Assembly (NCBI GenBank): GCA_964016885.1
Contig: OZ024744.1
Span: 48,794,001 to 48,858,000, forward strand
Direction of reading: 5' to 3'
Source of the DNA: Eledone cirrhosa
Lineage: Eukaryota
DNA length: 64,000 nt
Shown: positions 25,238 through 37,450 of the stretch, one piece after another
How positions within the stretch are numbered: the stretch's first letter is position 1
How the letters are laid out: every line of letters begins with the position of its first letter
Program-made: the position numbers and the translations under genes
Notes under the pieces: generated by a model
Databases searched by the model: none
Seen by the model: the letters and a program-made list of their open reading frames with translations, nothing else
What the model was told of the DNA's origin: nothing

Positions 25238-26617
25238 TCTATATATCTAAAACAGAGAATGTCTGTCTGTCTGTCCAATCTCTAAAACTCAAGAACCACC
25301 CAACCGATTGTTTTCAAACTTTACACATGAAATACTTATGGTCCTGTGAGTATTTTAAGCAAAAAATATTCCAAATTTTCAATGCTCTAGGGACCGCATT
25401 AGGCGATTTAACGATCTCTCTCTCTTAATCTTTCTCTTTTTAGATAGATACATAGATATAACGTCGCGCCCTTATAATTGTTTCTATTTTTGGCACAAGG
25501 CCACCAATTACTCACTACATTACTGGTACTTTATTTTATCGACCCCGTAAGGATGAAAGGCAAAGTTAACCTCGGCGTCCTTATAATATCTGTCTGTATG
25601 CCTGGCTGTCTGCATGACGACATTATGATGCGGTGTGTGTGGTGTGTGTGTGTCTATATATATATATATATAGTGTGTAACGTTTTTCGAAATATTTACT
25701 TCTGCGTTCACAGATTGATTTTTTTATTTTAGTTTCAGAAGATCCCATTAAGGGTGAAAGCAGCGATTCTTTGCTTAAACTTTAATCTGTTATTTTAATA
25801 TATATATATATATATATATAAGGTACATGGCTTAGTGGCTTGCAATCGAAAGGTTGTGAGTTCAATTCTCAGACCGGGTGATGTGTTGTTTCCTTGAGCA
25901 AGTCACTTTATTTCACATTGCTCCAGTTTACTCAGCTGTAGAAATGAGATTATAGGACTGGGTTCCCTATCATTCCACTGCAAAGTGGTCGTGGAGGTGC
26001 CATGGCAAAAAGCACCCAGCCCACACTGTAAAGTGGACGTGTAGGCGCCATGGAAAAAGAGCGCCCAGCACTCACTGTAAATAAGGTTGGTGTTAGGAAG
26101 GGCTTCCAGCTGTAGAAATCAAGCCAGAATCAGTTTCCATATGAGCAAGACAAGGTCAGCCGACCGGACACTGCCCACAACAGGGCAACCCGTCTAACAC
26201 ATAGCGTGGAAGAATGGTCGTAAAATGGTGATGATGATGATGATGATGTGATCATGTAATTATATATTTGTGTACAGATATTTTTGCATACACAATAACA
26301 AAATATAAACAAAAGTATTTATTTTGCGATAAAGTATTGATTTTCTTCGCACGGAAAAGAACCTTTGTAATCTACAACAAATTTTTTTTTATAATCACAA
26401 AATGTAGACACCATCCCGAAGCCGAGGTATTCCGTACCTCTCTGTACTGTTATATATATATATATATAATGATATATTCGTGTACAGATATTTTTGCATA
26501 CACAATAACAAAATATAAACTAACGTATTTATTTCACGAGGCTCCATAAGGATAAATATATATCAAATATATAAAAACCCTAGAGAAAATCCCGAGCAAT
26601 GCCGGGCATTCTGCTAG
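25238..26617 (+). mobile_element. Non-autonomous Helitron, copy 2, with nested SINEs
   Basis: 5' end A|TCTATATATCTAAAACAGAGAATGTCTGTC and 3' hairpin CCCGAGCAATGCCGGG followed by CTGCTAG|T. Nested SINE-M lies at 25477-25575 (-) and SINE-C at 25821-26248 (+). Confidence 0.75.
25821..26248 (+). mobile_element. CORE-type SINE family C
   Basis: Same head and core as 51130, with a short head deletion. The tail matches the RTE-C 3' UTR. Confidence 0.85.
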
Positions 26618-26847
26618 TATATATATATGTATATACACATACATATATATATATATCAATAGCAAACAACCAAGGAAGGCTGCCTGTAGAAAGTTTAGTG
26701 TCATGGTGGTGCCCCAGTATGGCCTCAGCCTGTTGGTTGGAACACACATATATATATATATATATGTGTGTAGAATTCTAATTCTCCTTTTTTCTCTTGG
26801 ACTATCAATTAATATTTTACATGTTTTTAATAATAAGCCTCATTCTG

Positions 26848-29800
26848 TTTGGTAATAGAAATGAGGAGGGCTTCAGAATCCTGGAATTCTGTGACGCTAA
26901 TAACCTAACTATCTGTAACACAAACAAATAAAGAAACATATCTGTAACACAAACTTAAAAAAACGAGAAAATCACTTGATCATCTATAGATCAGGGTAAC
27001 ACATCAGTCAGATAGATTATATCTTTACTAGAAGACGTGACAAAGTGTCTGTTGTAAACACTAAATCCTTCCCCCGTGAAGAATGCACCTCTCAACATAG
27101 CCTAGTAGTTAGTGACCTCATAGTCAGGAATAGACGTACTCGACGGCAGAGGAGGACTACCTTGAGAAGAAGAATATGGAAGTTGAAGGACACCATAGCC
27201 AGTGACAAATTTAAAAGCTTATTACTTGATACCTTTAACAATAAGGAAGAGCAATTAGAAAACGTACAATATAGAGGAACAATGGAAATTCTTTAAAGTG
27301 AACCTGCTGAAAACGACGTATGAAATCTGTGGCTGGAGCAGACCTATTGGCAGGAGGAGAGTAACTTGGTGGTGGAACAGTAAGGTGGAAGAGATAATCA
27401 AGGCCCAAAAGCAGGCTTGGAAAGTATGGCAGGATGGGGGAAGTAGAGAGGACTATCAAGTGGCCAGGAGAGAAGCTAGGAGACAAGTGTACCTGCAAAG
27501 CAGAGGATAGAAAGTTCAAGCATGTTCTACAATGTGAGGACCAAAAACGTGAGATGTTCAGGATTGCTAGACAATGTGTCAAGGAAAACCGTAATATTGT
27601 CGGGGAGAAGTGTGTCTGTAATGATAATGCTGTACTTGCCCTCACCGATACTGATAAGAAGTTAGCTTGGAAGTGTCACTACGAGAGACTATTAAATGAG
27701 GAGAATAAATGGGAAAAAGATAGTCTGCCCCAAATCGATCCAACAGAAGGACCAGCGGTGCAAGTTAAAGGTAGTATAATAAGTAAGGCAATCAAAGATA
27801 TGAAGACGGGCAAGGAAGCTGGGCCTTTGGAGATAGTTGCTGAAATGTTGAAAGCATCTAGAATGGTGGGACATGCTATGGTCACCTGTATAGTAAACCA
27901 AGTAATACAGAATGGGGTCATACGAAAAGACTGGCATAGCAGCAGCATCATTAACTGCCACAAGGGTAAAGGGGATGCTCTAGATAGGGGAAACTATAGA
28001 GGCATTAAGTTAGTTGACCAGGTCATGAAGGTCACAGAAAGAGTTATAGCGCAACTAATCAGAGAGCGAATTGATCTAGATGAAATGCAGTTTGGGTTTG
28101 TGTCAGGTAAAAGTACCACAGACGCTCTTTTCCTTGTACAACAACTACAGGAGAAGTACCTAGCTAAAAGTAAACCCCTCTACTTAGCTTCTGTAGACCT
28201 GGAGAAATCCTTTCACAGAGTCCCCCGCTCCATTATCTGGTGGGCTCTTAGAAAACTAGGTGTAGATGAATGGCTTGTGAGAGCTATACAAGTCATGTAT
28301 AAAGAAACAGTCAGTAAGGTTAGAATTAACAATGAATATAGTGAAGAATTTAGTGTAAAAGTTGGTATTCATCAAGGCTCTGTCCTTAGTCCCCTCTCCT
28401 ATTTATTATTTCCCTTCAGGCTATAACAGAGGAGTTCAAGACCGGCTGCCCATGGGAACTCCTATACGCAGATGATCTAACACTCATAGCTGAATCTATG
28501 CCTGAATTAGAGAAGAAATTCCAAACAGGGAAGCATGACCTAGAATCAAAAGGTCTTAAAGTTAACTTGTCTAAGACTAAAGTTCTAGTTTGTAGAAAGG
28601 AAAATAGGGCACAAGTGCCCTCTGGGAAATCGCCATGCTCAATGTGTAGGAAAGGAGTAGGTAGAAATTCCATTTCATGTCCCAAATAAATGCAAACTAT
28701 GGGTACATAAAAGATGTAGTGGGATCACAGGTAAACTATCTAAGAACGTAAATTTTACATGTGGCCGATACTCAGGTGCAATAAGTAGCAAGTGCCCACA
28801 GGACACCAGCTCCTTCTATTGCCCAGATGGTTCTATAGAAATAGTGGACACTTTCCGTTACATGGGTGACAAAATCAGCAGTGGTGGAGGGTGCTCTGAA
28901 AGTACAGTAGCCAGAGTCAGAACGGGATGGAAAAAGTTCAGAGAGCTTATACCGCTGTTGGTCACAAAAGGTTTCTCTTGAAAAATGAAAGGCAGATTGT
29001 ATGATGCCTGTATACGAACAGCAATGTTACATGTCAGTAAGACATGGGTGTTGTGTTCAGAGGACCTGCACAGACTGGAAAGGAGCGAAGCATGCATGCT
29101 CCATAATAAGTGTAATAGTAATATACATGAACGGCAAAGCATAAATGAACTAAGTGAGAAATTAGGAATAAGAGGGATCAGATGCTGTTTACTTGAGAGA
29201 TGACTAATTTCGTATGGTCACGTGATGCGCATGAAAGACGACAGTTGTATAAAAAAGTGTAGGGTGATCAGGAGAGGAGAAGAATATGGAAGTTGAAGGA
29301 CACCATAGCCAGTGACAAATTTAAAAGCTTATTACTTGATGCCTTTGACAATAAGCAAGAGCAATTAGAAAACGTACAATATAGAGGAACAATGGAAATT
29401 CTTTAAAGTGAACCTGCTGAAAGCGACGTATGAAATCTGTGGCTGGAGCAGACCTATTGGCAGGGGGAGAGTAACTTGGTGGTGGAACAGTAAGGTGGAA
29501 GAGATAATCAAGGCCCAAAAGCAGGCTTGGAAAGTATGGCAGGATGGGGGAAGTAGAGAGGACTATCAAGTGGCCAGGAGAGAAGCTAGGAGACAAGTGT
29601 ACCTGCAAAGCAGAGAATAGAAAGTTCAAGCTTGTTCTACAATGTGAGGACCAAAAACGTGAGATGTTCAGGATTGCTAGACAATGTGTCAAGGAAAACC
29701 GTAATATTGTCGGGGAGAAGTGTGTCTGTAATGTTATGCTGTACTTGCCCTCACCGATACTGATAAGAAGTTAGCTTGGAAGTGTCACTACGAGAGACTA

Positions 29801-30560
29801 TTAAATGAGGAGAATAAATGGGAAAAAGATAGTCTGCCCCAAATCGATCCAATAGAAGGACCAGCGTTGCAAGTTAAAGGTAGTATAATAAGTAAGGCAA
29901 TCAAAGATATGAAGACGGGCAAGGAAGCTGGGCCTTTGGAGATAGTTGCTGAAATGTTGAAAGCATCTAGAATGGTGGGACATACTATGGTCACCTGTAT
30001 AGTAAACCAAGTAATACAGAATGGTCACCTGTATAGTAAACCAAGTAATACAGAATGGGGTAGGTAGACCCAGAAGAACCTGGAATAATTTGATAAATTC
30101 CGACCTTACACACTTGCACCTCTCTAAGACAATGTCACTGGACCAAGATCTTTGGCGCCTCACAGTAATACAGAAGACCCAGCTTGCCTATGTACAAAAG
30201 CGAAAATTACAGTCAGTAGGCACCTCTTAACCAAATATACACCCCAATCCACTACCCCTACCCCATCCTCCCACTCCCACCAACACCACCCTCTCTCTGT
30301 AAAGTTGGTACCACAACATTCAGTCCAAATAAAGGAGATAATGAGATCGAGATCATGTAGGTGTCACGACAAAAAAAAAAAATAATAACACACAGTCCAG
30401 TGGTGTTAGGAAGGGCATCCAGCTGTAGAAAACCTGCCAGATCGTCCTATACAAGCGAGACACCGTCAACCAAACAACCTTGCCACAAGTGGGACAACTC
30501 CCGTCTAACCCATGCTAGCGTGGAAGATGGACGTTAAACGATGATGATGATGATGATGAT
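26848..30560 (+). mobile_element. Decayed RTE LINE (A-like) with an internal ~750-bp duplication
   Basis: Endonuclease remnant (GFRILEFCDANNL) and RT ORF 27434-28426 with many stops and frameshifts. Segment 27166-27915 is repeated at about 29273-30024. The 3' end resumes at about 30058 and ends in (GAT)n. Confidence 0.9.
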
Positions 30561-30728
30561 ATATAAATAAATAAATACATATATATGTATCAGATAGAGT
30601 GTGGTATAATACCAGGTGGCCCATAACCCACCAGAGTACCCAATACTTAGCGTAGTAGAGTGGGTTATAGGAAAAGATTCAGGACCACGACGGCTGAGCT
30701 CCGGCTGTTTTGACAGCTAGTTCCAATT

Positions 30729-30860
<132 letters not shown>

Positions 30861-31154
30861 CATATATATATATATGTATATATCATAAAACATGTCTATA
30901 GAATCACCAGATAAAATATATACCGTTTGCTCTCCCAATTAGCATAATTAACCATATAAAAAATCAATTAGTCCAAGCTATAAGAATAAAGGCTCCTATG
31001 AAGAAATCTCCGACAAATAACCGAAAGCAGCCCCTTCGCGGCGGTTGCGACGGAGTATTTATCGAGTATTTCGACAGCATGTATAAATCGACCAGATATA
31101 CAGTCAACTAAACAGAATTAGGTGTAAAATAAACTAGAAGAAAAGTGTATATAT

Positions 31155-31242
31155 TTAGTTACCTCTACCATGGTTTCGTCCGCATTTTAAGATATCCGAT
31201 AACATTGGAAATCTGGAGCACCGGACTCTTCAGGAGTTAGCT
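31155..31242 (-). ncRNA. Type I hammerhead ribozyme motif with a long stem II insert
   Basis: Minus strand reads AGCTAACTC-CTGAAGA-GTCCG-(~38 nt)-CGGAC-GAAA-CCATGG-TA^GAGGTAACT. Stem III is the palindrome CCATGG. Confidence 0.75.
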
Positions 31243-31430
31243 CAAATTTAGACAATTAATTATCCAAAGTGATCGCGCCAAGAATACATTCAAAAATGGC
31301 TAAGAATCGTGACGTGACAGCGGTCAAGTTAGAAAGAATGTGATTAGTTGCTTACGGCTGGTGGCCTTTTGCTAGAAAGCGCAGCCCAATACAGCCAAAA
31401 TTGTATCTCAACCTAACGGGAGATTATTAC

Positions 31431-31578
31431 ATATAAAGGTTTACATATATATATATATATGTGTGTGTTTTGCAACAGGTCACTTTGTGCCTCAATGAAG
31501 ATTTAACTCTTCATTGAGCCACAAAGTGACCCTTTGCAAAACACATATATATATATATATATATGTAAACCTTTATAT
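31431..31578. repeat. ~150-bp palindrome
   Basis: ATATAAAGGTTTACATAT...GGTCACTTTGTG.CTCAATGAAGA-tttaac-TCTTCATTGAG.CACAAAGTGACC...ATATGTAAACCTTTATAT. Confidence 0.9.
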
Positions 31579-31630
31579 ATATATGTATATATATATATGT
31601 ATATATATATATATACATATATATATATAC

Positions 31631-31678
<48 letters not shown>

Positions 31679-31735
31679 TTATTTATTTATTTATATATAT
31701 ACATGTTTCTATATATATGTGTGTGTGTGTAGACA

Positions 31736-32265
31736 TAGCAGGACTAAAAAGCCACATCTGTGCTGCTCATGACGTCATTGCTCACAATTGAGTTGACACT
31801 TCACTTTGTCATGAACAGCATAGATGTGGCTTTTTAGTCCTGCTAGGGACCCACAAGATTTTGCACAGGCGCAGCTCTGATGAATGCCCCTCACAGTAGG
31901 TATTACAGTGATGCTTTAGTGCACTTTCATATGGCATTTCAGTCTATTAACTGAGGTACATTCTTTCCCACATCCCTTTCAAACAAAAATGCTGTATAAT
32001 GCATGGTTGACATGGTCCTTGTGCATGTGACTTCTTTGATTACAAATTAAATCAATCTGCGTGCTAAGAGACCCAAGCAAACTGACATCAAAGTCCTTAT
32101 GAGCACACAGTTTGATCTGTTCATGCTCAATACGGTTTCTTTCAAATTCTCCTCTCCCATCACACACTGCCTCCTCCAGGAATGGCAATCTAGAGTGAGG
32201 TTCTCCTAGCCAGTCTCCGATATTTTCATCTTTTCCAGTGTGCTTTTAATGCAATATTTGACCTC
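31736..32265 (-). mobile_element. RTE/BovB-type LINE 3' fragment with tandem C2H2 fingers, ending in a fold-back
   Basis: Minus strand gives CIKSTLEKMKISETG*ENLTLD, EAVCDGRGEFERNRIEH, QRSHMHKDH, FV*KGCGKECTSVNRLKCHMKVH and CACAKSCGSLAGLKSHIYAVH. Segment 31736-31773 is an inverted copy of 31808-31845. Confidence 0.65.
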
Positions 32266-32917
32266 AATTTCATATATATATGCACATATATAAATACATA
32301 TATATATATAAATACATATATATATATAAATACATATGTATATATTATCACCATTATCATCATTATTATCATCATCCTCACTGCTGTTTGCATGGGTTAA
32401 ATTTGTTGTCACTTTATGTGACAAGCCAAGTCAGGTGACCAGGTCTTGCTCATATGATCAATGGCTAGCTTCATTTACTATAACTGGATACCCTCCCTAA
32501 TGCCAACCACATTACAGCTTGTAAGTGACATGCAGGCCCTAAATCTATCTGAAAAGCCAGTAGCTTTGTTTGAGTACTGCTGTCAAACTCTTGCAGAGAA
32601 AATGGTTGTTAAATGATGATAATGATGTTCATGATTTATTAAACATTGGAAAAATGGAATCCTTTCTCCTCAGTCAACCTCTTGAAATCACTATAATATC
32701 AGTGCATGAAGGTTGATAGTATTCATACCTGAGTACATTGGATGTAACAAAACAGGTAAAAGCAGAGACAGGACAAGTTGGCTTTTAGCAAATTACACAA
32801 ATAAAAACGGGAAAAAAAAAAAAAAATTGCTACAAATCAAAGTGCATCAATTGAAAAAGAAGAGAGAGGATAGTGCACAATAGCTTAACTAAAGGAGACT
32901 CACACACATATATATAT

Positions 32918-33725
32918 GGCATTAATTCTATAGAATCTACACAATGCAGATATTGGGTACACAAGAGATGTAGTGGGATAGCAGGCAAACTAACAGGTAG
33001 GGAGAAGTACGTATGCAGTAGATGCACAGGGAAATTTGACAGTAAAAGTCGCAGTGATAGACACATTTTTCAAATGTAGGAGGGTTCTATAGAAGTGGTT
33101 GATAGCTTCCGGTACCTAGGTGATCAGATTAGCAAGGGAGGGGGTGTTCTGAGGCCATAGTATCTAGAATAAGGATGGGTTGGAAGAGGTTTAGGGAGCT
33201 GCTTCCTCTGTTGACAAAGAAGGGTTTCTCTCTGCATACGAAAAGGCGGTTATATGATGCCTGCATGAGATGCGTGATGCTGCATGGTAGTGAGACATGG
33301 GCAGCAACTGCAGAGGTTATGCGACGGCTGGAGAGAAATGAGGCAAGCATACTCCGTTGGATGTGCAATGTCAATGTGCGTGAACGACCCAGCATAGATG
33401 AATTGAGAGAGAAACTGTGTATAAGAGGGATAAGTTGTGGTGTGCAGGAGAAAAGATTGAGATGGTATGGACATGTGATGTGCATGGAGGATGACCGCTG
33501 GATAAAGAAGAGCCAAGAAATCCCAGTGGAAGGAAGACACAGTAGAGGAAGACCACAAAAAACATGGGTGGAGGTGGTGAGAGCAGACCTCAGATCGCTG
33601 ATGCTCACGGAGGAGATGACGAAGGACCGTGACAAGTGGAGAGATGCTGTGCTGAATAGGACCTGTCCCACCCTTGCAACCAGGGAAAAGCAGATGTAAA
33701 ATGATGATGATGATGATGATGATGA
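32918..33725 (+). mobile_element. RTE LINE subfamily B, 5'-truncated
   Basis: PHD-like half (WVHKRCSG...CSRC), FRYLG and ORF 33175-33699 (MLHGSETW, RLRWYGHV, RGRPQKTW). The ORF runs into the (GAT)n tail. Confidence 0.9.
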
Positions 33726-33787
33726 TATATATATAAAACAAGAAGTGTAAGTCAACCGGTTAAAATTAATTTTGTTTATTCATATTC

Positions 33788-33850
33788 ACTGCAATATATA
33801 TATTTCGGTGGTAACCATTATTCAACAGTTATGGCTTCATCAGGCAGCTA
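33788..33850 (-). ncRNA. Hammerhead ribozyme motif
   Basis: Minus strand reads CTGC-CTGATGA-AGCCATAAC...GTTACCACC-GAAA-TATATA-TA^TTGCAG. The stems are imperfect. Confidence 0.5.
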
Positions 33851-34444
33851 GAACTTGAATAGAAAAACAGGGAAACATAATGGTGGAATAAAATTTACCA
33901 TGTTAATTTGTTGATATACCAAGATCCGAAATGTGATGCTGTTAATTCAAAGAACTGGTGACATATATATATATAAAGTAAACAGAAATAACAAAGCAAA
34001 TGACACAGTACATTGAAGAAATATATTAGTGTAATGCTTGAAATAGCAGGAAAAGTGTCTTAACGTTTCGGACACTAATCCTTCAGCAAAAGATAGAATT
34101 AGAAATAGAAGATAAATAGAAAGATAAAGAGTGAGAAGAGGAAGGAAGGGGGAAAAAGACAAGTCATAAACACACACATGGAGACACATATACACACACT
34201 TATACATAAACGTATATACTCACTCGCACAAAAGAAATCAGATACACATGTGAAAATACACATGCACACAAATGGACACAATAATTCTCATGAGGCATAG
34301 GGAGAAATTAACATGTGATGCATATATATATTCATTTCTATATGAGCAAGACACAGTCATCTAATCTGGCCTGTCTCACTACTGGACAACTCATTTAACC
34401 CATGCTAGCATTGAAAAACGGATCTTAAACAATGATTATAAGAA

Positions 34445-34483
<39 letters not shown>

Positions 34484-35252
34484 GTCAAGAGTTTCTATAG
34501 AATAGATGAAAGAAAAAGAGTATGCTATATTAAATACAGAATATTTTGGTATTGCCTGAAAGATAAGCAACACCAGCAGATATATATTGTTTCTAAGATA
34601 TATGAAAACTTAGGCAGCATGCAACTATGTTGAGAATTTATTTATAATATATATGTATATATATATATTAAATTATATATGTTATTTAGTAATGTTTCTT
34701 GCTTACTGGAGGTAGCACAAGCCAAATATGAACACTCAATGCTATTACATGAACAAAGTGATTCTGAAGAAAGTGTGTTCCCACAGTATCTGTGTGGTTT
34801 ATGTTTGTAATAAACAGAGTTTATACACTATGTAGAAGATTTTGAAGTTTCACTTTAAATTGTTTTTATTCCATATCAAATGTTATATGTTTGACAGATG
34901 ATCTGCTTGAAGTCTTTATGAATTTGCATATATATATTTTATGTATGAGACAACAAAGTTTCACTTTAGAGTATTTTTATTCCATATCAAACATTACATA
35001 TATTTCACAAATGATTGGCTCTAGGTTTTGTCAATATGATAAACCTGACTCCTATATCAATGTGCTCAACTGATGTGTAGATTTAAATCAAAACATTTCC
35101 ATCTCTTTGATTTAAATCTACATGTCTGATGTGCAAATTCATAAAGACTTGAAGCCGATTATATATAATAACTATGCAATGATTCCGTGAGTACATAGTT
35201 AAAACTCCAGAATAACACTCATCATTAAGCCATAATAAAGAATATTGCATAT

Positions 35253-35296
<44 letters not shown>

Positions 35297-35459
35297 CCAG
35301 AATCAGTTCCCGTATGAGCAAGACAAGGTCAGCCGACCGGACACTGCCCACAACAGGACAACTTGTCTAACCCATGCTAGCGTGGAAGAACAGACGTAAA
35401 ACGGTGATGATGATGATGAATATATATATATATAGTTATGTAATAAACAACATAAGATA

Positions 35460-35530
35460 ATTATTTCATTTACCAGTGGTTTCTTGAAGACAGATATTTT
35501 TATCTGTCTTCAATCGTCAGAACGAATAAA
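35460..35530 (-). ncRNA. Type I hammerhead ribozyme motif
   Basis: Minus strand reads TTATTCGTT-CTGACGA-TTGAAGACAGATA-AAAA-TATCTGTCTTCAA-GAAA-CCACTGG-TA^AATGAAATAA. Stem II is a perfect 13 bp. Confidence 0.8.
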
Positions 35531-36139
35531 ATGGTGTGTTTATAGAATATGAAATTGAAAACAAAATTTAGGAAATATGAAAGTGAGGCTGAAATTGAAT
35601 AATGGGCAAAAAATTGAGGGGAAAAAATATATAAATAAATATCCAGAACATAAACATACATACACTTATACGTAATTGTACGTAGACGTATACATTCTCA
35701 CACAAGCGTATGTGCGTCTACATGGAAATACGAACAGACATATAAAATGTGTGGTCTTTTGCTCACATATGCGTTGGTGATAGAAATGGCATCCAGGCAT
35801 ATAAAACTTGCCAAATAAAGAGTTGGGAGAACTCTTCAGCTGTGTGAAAGACATCACACCTCGTTAGTGCTGGTGTCATGATACAATACATTCAGTAGTG
35901 CACCTGATGGTATGTAAGTTGCAGACTGCAGGCCCACCTGAGCACTCAATAGGGTGCTGGAACATAACTGAAATGCAGGCCTCTGGCTCATCATGTGATC
36001 AATACCTTCACTTCAAATACCAACCCACTCTGCTGATGACCCATCTGATGACCCTTGCAGGAAAAGTGGATATTGAACAAGTACATGTACATGTACATAT
36101 ATATATATATAAGGTTTATAGCACAACTAATTAGAGATA

Positions 36140-37125
36140 GAATCAACTGCTAGAAATATTACCGATGCCCTCCTTCTGATGTGACAACTGCAGAAGTACT
36201 TGGCAAAGATAAACTACTGTACCTGGCATTTGTAGATATGGAGGAGGCCATTGACAGAGTCCCTTGTTCTGCAATCTGGTGGGCACACAGGAAACTAGGT
36301 GTAGATGAATGGCTTGTGAAGGTTGTGCAAGCCATGTATGTGCAACCAGCAAGGTGAGTTGGCATTGAATATAGTAATGAATTTGATATGCAAGAGAGGG
36401 GTCCACCATAGCTCAGTCCGCAACTGAGGAGTTTAAAACTAATATTCTTTGTGAATTCTTGTATGCTGATGATATAGTCCTTATAGCTGAATTCATAGGA
36501 GAGTTAGAGACAAAATTACAAGCAATGAAGTTAAACAAGAAGTTGAAAGGCCTAAAAGTAAACTTATAAAAGACAAAAGTGTTAATAAGTAGGAAAGAGG
36601 AAGGAAGCTGATGCCATTGGGGAAGTGGCCTTGTTTGATATGTTTGAAAAGGGGTGGGAAGAAATTTTATAAGGTGCACACTGTAATCTCTGGATGTACA
36701 GATGTAGTGGGATTGCATGCTAACAGACTTTTATGCAACAGATACACAGAAGTAAACACCAAGAGCACATACGCCCTCAGTTTCAGAAGTTGTCAAAGGC
36801 TTTTGTTACCAAGATGAGCTAATCATGAGTGGGGGAGGGTGCTCTTAAAATGTAATAGCTAGGGTAAGAACAGGCTGGAAGAATTTTAGGGAGTTGATAT
36901 TTCAGCAGACTACAAAAGGCTCTTTTCTCAGAATGTAGGGTAGACTATATGATGCCTACATGAGAACAGCAATGCAACATGGCTTTGAAACATGAGCCTT
37001 GACCACAGAAGACCTGCAAAGGCTGGAAAGAGATGAAACAATTATATTCCTATTGTTGTATCATATTAGTGTATATGAACGATGAGCTAAGGGAAAAGAT
37101 TGGCATTAGAGGAATTAGATGTAGA
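36140..37125 (+). mobile_element. Highly degraded RTE LINE
   Basis: Remnants of RKLGVDEWLV, LYADD, GKWPCLIC, GWKNFREL and GRLYDA with many indels. Confidence 0.75.
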
Positions 37126-37450
37126 GCAGAGCACAATATCATGGTGATGGTGGTGATCATCATCATCAGCATCATCACGATTGAAAACAAAAGCCAAACT
37201 AGACCATGAAATATTTCAATACAAACCTACTCCTAACCCCATCTAGTTCTATTTAAGTTAAATTCTTGCAACATAATCCTATATAAGAACCATATGTTCA
37301 ATTACTATCTTAGTAGTGAAATCCTAAATAATTTTAGTAAATCCCTCAAAGATCTTCACTAGCTATTTTCAAATTAGCTCTGGTTCTATGATAAGCCATT
37401 TTTAAAGAGTTCCTATTTAAATTAAATTCTTCCAGCATAATTTTATATAA

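Noticed and set aside
31877-31915. CTGATGA followed by a small hairpin, as a possible hammerhead
   Set aside because: There is no downstream GAAA, and it lies antisense within the C2H2-coding RTE remnant.
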